This document shows positions 27,376 through 32,000 of a stretch of 32,000 bases of DNA, in pieces; position 1 is the stretch's first letter, and each line of letters begins with the position of its first letter. Under the pieces are notes generated by a model, which saw only the letters and a program-made list of their open reading frames with translations, ran no database searches and was not told the origin of the DNA. Both the position numbers and the translations under genes were made by a program. The DNA is from Alkanindiges illinoisensis DSM 15370 (lineage in GTDB: Bacteria > Pseudomonadota > Gammaproteobacteria > Pseudomonadales > Moraxellaceae), in contig NZ_JHUX01000003.1 of NCBI RefSeq assembly GCF_000619845.1, positions 700,064 to 732,063 of the forward strand, in the 5' to 3' direction.

Positions 27376-29690
27376 TGCAAAAGCCTGTTAATCAGGGCAG
27401 CAATGATGAGCCTGCCTTTTTATTTGAAAAAGTTGCATTTATCGGGTTAGGACTCATTGGTTCCAGCCTGTGTCGGGTTATTCGTGACAAAAAACTGGCA
27501 AGAGTTGTGGTGGCGACCACCCGTTCCAGCCAGACTTTAAAGGATGCTCAGGATTTAGGCCTGATTGATGCCGGGTTTACCAATCCGCAAGAGGCTGCTA
27601 GAGACGCTGATCTGATTATGCTGGCCCTGCCGGTGCGTGCCACTGAAAAAGTGCTACAGGCGATTCAGCCAGTGTTAAAACCAGATGCCATTATTAGCGA
27701 TGTCGGCAGTACCAAATGTAATGTAGTAGATGCCGCCAAAGCAGTATTTGGTGAAAACTTGCCCAGCGGATTTGTGCCGGGCCACCCGATTGCAGGCAGT
27801 GAGCACACGGGGGTACATGCAGGTCGGGCAGACCTGTTTGCGCATCACAAGGTGATTTTAACGCCGTTACCCAGCAGCAATCCGCAAGCGGTCAAAAAGC
27901 TCATTACACTATGGCAGGCCACGCAAGCCGAAGTCATTTGTATGAGTGTGGCTGAGCATGATGAAATTCTGGCGCAAACCAGCCATTTACCGCATTTGCT
28001 GGCGTTTAACCTAATTGAGCAACTGGCTGCCAGCCGCAATAACCTGGATATTTTTCGCTATGCGGCAGGAGGATTGCGTGACTTTAGCCGGATTGCCGCC
28101 AGTGACCCGCAAATGTGGCATGACATTTTTCTAGCCAACAAAATATCGGTGCTCAAGGCTATTGATGCGTTTGAACAACAGCTCACCCAGCTAAAACAAC
28201 TCATCGAGCAGGAAAATTCTGAGCAATTGATTGGTTTGCTGGGTCGTGCCCAGGCTGCACGCCAGCACTTTAGCCATATGCTGGCAAAAACTCCCTATAT
28301 GCAAAAAAGCATGCAAAATCATCATCAAAATCTGGACAGGAACAGTAACGTGACCGAGCAATTTATTATTCAGGCGGGTGGAAAATTAACTGGTACTTTT
28401 ACGGTTGCTGGTGATAAATCGGTATCGCATCGCTCTATTATGCTGGGCGCACTGGCCACTGGCACCACTCACGTGACTGGCTTTTTAGAAGGTGAAGACG
28501 CGCTGGCCACCTTGCAAGCCTTCCGCGATATGGGTGTGAATATTGAAGGCCCAAAAAATGGTGAAGTGACTATTCATGGGGTTGGTCTAGATGGCTTAAA
28601 AGAACCAGCGGGTGCACTGTATATGGGTAATTCTGGCACCAGCATGCGTCTGCTGTCCGGTATTTTATCAGCCCAGAAATTTGATAGTGTGATGACTGGT
28701 GATCCATCCCTCTCCAAGCGTCCCATGGAACGCATTGCCAAGCCCCTGCGTCTGATGGGCGCCAAGATCCAGACCACTGGTGAGCGTGGTACACCGCCTG
28801 TAAGTATTAGCGGTAATCAGCAGTTGCAAGGCATTCATTATGACTTGCCGATGGCATCAGCACAGGTGAAATCCGGTATTTTGCTGGCCGGCTTATGGGC
28901 AGAGGGAACAACTTCGGTCACTGAGCCGGAACCCACCCGTGACCATAGCGAGCGTATGTTGCGTGCCTTTGGCTATGAAGTGAAAACTGAAGGTAACACG
29001 ATCAGCCTAACTGGTGGTGGTACGCTTACTGGCACGCATATTCAGGTGCCTGCCGATATTTCCTCAGCGGCTTTCTTTATGGTGGGCGCTGCGATTGCGC
29101 AGGGTTCTGACGTTACGCTGGAGCAGGTTGGCATTAATCCAACACGTACTGGCGTGATTGAGATCTTAAAGCAGATGGGTGCAGACATTAGTTTGTCCAA
29201 TCAAAAAATGGCAGGCGGCGAGCCAGTGGCTGATATCCGTATTCGTGCCAATACTTTAAAGGGTATTCATATTCCGGAAGACCAAGTGCCGCTGGCAATT
29301 GATGAATTTCCAGCTATTTTCATTGCCGCAAGCTGTGCGGAAGGCCAAACCGTGCTGACAGGAGCAGCAGAGCTGCGGGTTAAGGAATCTGACCGGATTC
29401 AGGTGATGGCTGATGGCCTAAAAACACTGGGCATTGATTGTACGCCAACGCCGGACGGCATTATTATTGAAGGCAAGGGCAAAGCCAATGAATGGCAACC
29501 TGTATTTGGCGGCGGGGTAATTGAAAGTCACCATGATCACCGGATTGCCATGAGTTTTGCGATTGCTGGATTGCGTGCCGCTCAGCCAATTACAATTCAT
29601 GGCACTGAAACTGTCGCTACCAGTTTTCCCAATTTTACCCAGTTGGCAAAGCAGTCAGGTTTGCAGCTTGAAGTCAATACAAATGGCTAA
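27375..29690 (+). CDS. aroA: Fused prephenate/arogenate dehydrogenase (TyrA) - 3-phosphoshikimate 1-carboxyvinyltransferase (AroA)
   Basis: The N-terminal ~300 aa carry VAFIGLGLIGSSL (GxGxxG) and GHPIAGSE. The C-terminal ~440 aa carry GDKSVSHRS, LGNSGTSMRLL, KESDRI and DHRIAMSF. It is a single uninterrupted 771-codon frame. The start overlaps the hisC stop (TGATG). Confidence 0.95.
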   Translation: MQKPVNQGSNDEPAFLFEKVAFIGLGLIGSSLCRVIRDKKLARVVVATTRSSQTLKDAQDLGLIDAGFTNPQEAARDADLIMLALPVRATEKVLQAIQPVLKPDAIISDVGSTKCNVVDAAKAVFGENLPSGFVPGHPIAGSEHTGVHAGRADLFAHHKVILTPLPSSNPQAVKKLITLWQATQAEVICMSVAEHDEILAQTSHLPHLLAFNLIEQLAASRNNLDIFRYAAGGLRDFSRIAASDPQMWHDIFLANKISVLKAIDAFEQQLTQLKQLIEQENSEQLIGLLGRAQAARQHFSHMLAKTPYMQKSMQNHHQNLDRNSNVTEQFIIQAGGKLTGTFTVAGDKSVSHRSIMLGALATGTTHVTGFLEGEDALATLQAFRDMGVNIEGPKNGEVTIHGVGLDGLKEPAGALYMGNSGTSMRLLSGILSAQKFDSVMTGDPSLSKRPMERIAKPLRLMGAKIQTTGERGTPPVSISGNQQLQGIHYDLPMASAQVKSGILLAGLWAEGTTSVTEPEPTRDHSERMLRAFGYEVKTEGNTISLTGGGTLTGTHIQVPADISSAAFFMVGAAIAQGSDVTLEQVGINPTRTGVIEILKQMGADISLSNQKMAGGEPVADIRIRANTLKGIHIPEDQVPLAIDEFPAIFIAASCAEGQTVLTGAAELRVKESDRIQVMADGLKTLGIDCTPTPDGIIIEGKGKANEWQPVFGGGVIESHHDHRIAMSFAIAGLRAAQPITIHGTETVATSFPNFTQLAKQSGLQLEVNTNG

Positions 29691-29721
29691 TGCTTTTTAA
29701 ACAGTAACAATGCTAAATTGC

Positions 29722-29757
29722 CGTCGCTCAAACTGATTCTGGGCGACGTTTTTTTAA
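29722..29757 (+). terminator. Rho-independent terminator of the pheA-hisC-tyrA::aroA operon
   Basis: CGTCGC(TC)...(GG)GCGACG stem followed by a T7 run, about 30 nt after the stop codon. Confidence 0.8.
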
Positions 29758-29760
29758 TTT

Positions 29761-29808
29761 TTCTGGACTGATTTCTGGTTCTGGCTTTTCTGCTTTAATC
29801 TTTTCTGG
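29761..29808. repeat. Cluster of TTCTGG hexamers upstream of the acyltransferase gene
   Basis: TTCTGG at 29761, 29773, 29779 and 29803, plus TTCTGC at 29788, all in the same orientation within 48 bp. Confidence 0.4.
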
Positions 29809-29837
29809 TTCATCCGCTGTTAGGTGTCGTAAATCCC

Positions 29838-30404
29838 ATGCTCAAACAACTTGGCAAAGCAACGTTTAAACTCTATGGCTGGACATATCAAAATGATGTG
29901 TCAGTGCTGTCTGATAAGCAGGTCGTCATTGGTTTTGAGCATACCTCAAACCGCGATGCAATTTTATCGCTGGCTTTGTTTCAGATCGTGTGCCTAAAAG
30001 TGCATACGCTCATCAAGAAAGAGTTATTTAAAGGCCCGTTAAAGCCGGTGCTGGAAGCACTGGGTGGTATTCCTGTAGACCGTCAGGCCTCCAAGGATAT
30101 TGTCAGCCAGATGGCACAGGAATTTGCCAGCCGCGACCAATTTACGCTGGTTATTGCGCCTGAAGCTACCCGGGCTAAAAATGGTGAAAGCCGCAAACCC
30201 ATTCGGACTGGATTCTGGCATATTGCTAAAAAAGCCAATGTACCCATTGTGCTGATGTATGCCAATCCAGCCACCAAGCATGGTGGAATTTTTGCCCGCA
30301 TCATACCGACGAATCTGGAGCAGGATTTAAAACAAATCCAGCAGTTGTACAAGGAAAAAGGCATCGATGTCCTAATTCCTGAAGCGCGAAGTAGCAACGA
30401 TTGA
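29838..30404 (+). CDS. PlsC-type (lysophospholipid/1-acyl-sn-glycerol-3-phosphate) acyltransferase family protein
   Basis: HX4D catalytic motif (EHTSNRDA), a motif-III-like VIAPEATR, and the length (188 aa). Confidence 0.8.
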   Translation: MLKQLGKATFKLYGWTYQNDVSVLSDKQVVIGFEHTSNRDAILSLALFQIVCLKVHTLIKKELFKGPLKPVLEALGGIPVDRQASKDIVSQMAQEFASRDQFTLVIAPEATRAKNGESRKPIRTGFWHIAKKANVPIVLMYANPATKHGGIFARIIPTNLEQDLKQIQQLYKEKGIDVLIPEARSSND

Positions 30405-30414
30405 GAATCGTTGC
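30394..30414 (+). other. Perfect 9-bp hairpin enclosing the acyltransferase stop codon (no U-tract)
   Basis: GCAACGATT-GAG-AATCGTTGC. The TGA stop at 30402-30404 spans the last stem base and the loop. The following sequence is GC-rich, so this is not a canonical intrinsic terminator. Confidence 0.5.
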
Positions 30415-30756
30415 CGCGCCGCAAGACGAGAGCTACGCTTGAGTGGTGAAGATCAAACAGACTTAAAGCACTGCTTTAAGACTCTTCCCGAGAGAAGCTT
30501 TGCGGAATTGCGCAGTGTACACCTTCTTTGCAAGGTTTTATATTGCTGCGCTATCCGATGAGAGTTAAGTTTAGAATGTAGCTTAAATTTCATATGACCA
30601 AAACGCGCCAGTTCTTGTCGCGTTTTCTTGCGATTGAATACTTTAAAAAGGCAGCACAGGAAAAAAGCTGCTAAAATATCAAACTTGAAAAACTTTCTTC
30701 TTGACGTTGCAACGTCCATTTCATGCAGCAAATCTTTCCATGCAGCACATTTTTTT

Positions 30757-32000
30757 ATGAAGCAATCCACCGCACTCAATATTTTAAAATCCGGCAAGAA
30801 TGTCTTTTTAACCGGTTCTGCCGGGGCAGGTAAAACCTACACACTCAACCAGTACATTGAGTATCTCAAAGCGCGCAAAGTGCCGGTTGCTGTGACCGCG
30901 TCGACAGGAATTGCCGCTACCCACATGAATGGCATGACCATTCATACGTGGTCGGGCATTGGCATCAAGGATGTGCTGACGGATCATGATTTAAAAAATT
31001 TAAAAGACCGTAAATATCTGCGCGACCATATTGAAAAGGCACAGGTGCTGATTATTGATGAAATTTCAATGCTGCATGCGCGGCAACTGGATCTGGTCAA
31101 TCAGGTTTTAAAATATATCAAGGATACCGATGAGCCATTTGGCGGCATGCAGGTCATTGTTGCCGGTGACTTTTTCCAGTTACCGCCTGTGGGCAAATCT
31201 GGCGAGAGTAACCGTGACAAGTTTGCCTTTATGTCGGCAACATGGCTGGAAGCTGGCTTTAGTATTTGCTATTTAAGCGAGCAGCATCGCCAGCAGGATA
31301 ATCAACTTAATATTATTTTAAATGAGATCCGTCTGGGGCAGATCAGCCAGCACAGCATTAAAACCTTGCAAGGTACGCAGCAGCACGCATTAGATAGTGA
31401 TATTACCCGGCTGTTTACCCATAACGTGGATGTCGACCAGATTAATGAACAGCATCTGGAAGGACTAAAAGGCAAGGCACATCATTTTCACGCACAAACT
31501 GAAGGCAATGAAAAACTGGTAATGACCCTGACCAGTTCAGTGCGCGCGCCACAAGACCTAATGCTTAAAAAAGGCGCCAAGGTCATGTTTGTTAAGAATA
31601 ACTTTGAAGAAGGTTATATTAATGGCAGTCTGGGTGAGGTAATTGGTTTCAGCAAGGACGACGAATTTGGCGAACTACCTGAGGTCAAGCTACGTGATGG
31701 CACAAAAATGGTGGTGTCGCCTGCCGAGTGGTCGATTAATAACGAACAAGGCAAAGCGATTGCCAGTTTCAAGCAAATTCCATTGCGGCATGCATGGGCG
31801 ATTACCGTGCATAAAAGCCAGGGCATGACCTTGGAAGCTGCCGAAATTGATCTGAGCCAGACTTTTGAAAAAGGGCAGGGCTACGTGGCCTTATCACGGC
31901 TAAAATCACTGGAAGGTTTGCGTTTACTGGGCTTTAATCAAAAGGCACTGGAACTTGACAGTCTGGCCATGAAAGCGGACCAGCGTTTTCAGCAGTTATC
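30757..32000 (+). CDS. Pif1/RecD-like superfamily 1 DNA helicase, N-terminal ~414 codons; continues beyond the window (absent from the supplied ORF track)
   Basis: Manual translation from the ATG at 30757 gives MKQSTALNILKSGKNVFLTGSAGAGKTYT (Walker A), VLIIDEISML (Walker B), VAGDFFQLPPV, SEQHRQ, VHKSQGMT and GYVALSRL. These are the ordered Pif1-family motifs. No stop occurs before base 32000. The nearest in-frame upstream stop is at 30595. Confidence 0.88.
   Translation, partial: MKQSTALNILKSGKNVFLTGSAGAGKTYTLNQYIEYLKARKVPVAVTASTGIAATHMNGMTIHTWSGIGIKDVLTDHDLKNLKDRKYLRDHIEKAQVLIIDEISMLHARQLDLVNQVLKYIKDTDEPFGGMQVIVAGDFFQLPPVGKSGESNRDKFAFMSATWLEAGFSICYLSEQHRQQDNQLNIILNEIRLGQISQHSIKTLQGTQQHALDSDITRLFTHNVDVDQINEQHLEGLKGKAHHFHAQTEGNEKLVMTLTSSVRAPQDLMLKKGAKVMFVKNNFEEGYINGSLGEVIGFSKDDEFGELPEVKLRDGTKMVVSPAEWSINNEQGKAIASFKQIPLRHAWAITVHKSQGMTLEAAEIDLSQTFEKGQGYVALSRLKSLEGLRLLGFNQKALELDSLAMKADQRFQQL

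Noticed and set aside
30419-30442. CCG CAA GAC GAG AGC TAC GCT TGA (PQDESYA*) looks superficially like a tmRNA tag-coding segment (ANDENYALAA type).
   Set aside because: There is no tRNA-like 5' end (GGGGCTGA...), no T-arm/CCA 3' end and no terminal LAA in the neighbourhood, and the position directly abuts a protein gene. It is most likely coincidence.
30453-30797. A minus-strand 114-codon ORF (or an 88-codon version starting at 30719) filling the acyltransferase-helicase gap.
   Set aside because: The full version overlaps the well-supported helicase start by 41 nt. Neither start has an SD. Codon usage is rich in AGA, AGG, ATA, CTA and GGA, unlike the surrounding genes. The product is a K/R/F/C-rich sequence with no recognisable motif. 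I keep it only as a remote possibility under the 30405-30756 finding.
1-32000. A scan for tRNA, rRNA, CRISPR arrays, IS elements, integrases and long inverted or direct repeats marking an island.
   Set aside because: By eye I saw no T-arm-like GGTTCGAATCC motifs, no regularly spaced 25-40-bp repeats, no transposase or integrase motifs in any listed ORF, and no long terminal repeats. The gene content is predominantly core metabolism and proteostasis.

Overview
This window is mostly a housekeeping chromosomal segment from a Gram-negative, probably gammaproteobacterial, genome. The pheA-hisC-tyrA::aroA cluster with a fused TyrA-AroA protein resembles Moraxellaceae/Acinetobacter-type genomes, but that is inference from memory, not a search result. 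I can support about 25 protein genes. On the + strand: a truncated YgjP/DUF45 hydrolase, argC, a membrane-anchored coiled-coil protein, clpS-clpA, ynfA, a DUF4265-like acidic protein, a DUF2797 protein, a small ORF plus a zeta-toxin/COG4185-like P-loop kinase, pepN, an LtrA-family membrane protein, an RDD protein, pheA-hisC-tyrA::aroA, a PlsC-type acyltransferase, and a Pif1-family helicase that runs off the 3' edge and is missing from the supplied ORF track. On the - strand: a 583-aa lipoprotein, yebC, a 172-aa hypothetical, a class I SAM methyltransferase, a BenE-family transporter, transaldolase, and an RND adaptor+pump pair. Several clean rho-independent terminators are visible. By eye I found no rRNA, tRNA, CRISPR array, transposase, integrase or obvious island boundary. 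The best candidate for something undescribed is the coupled 76-aa ORF + 260-aa zeta-like kinase at 10847-11868, a possible toxin-antitoxin or abortive-infection module. The second is the Pif1-like helicase at 30757 onward, which has an odd 350-bp ORF-poor upstream tract and unseen downstream partners. Both are hypotheses. The other findings are modest curiosities: start-site ambiguities, short phased repeats, palindromes and orphan genes of unknown function. All family assignments come from motif recognition in the translations; no database search was run.
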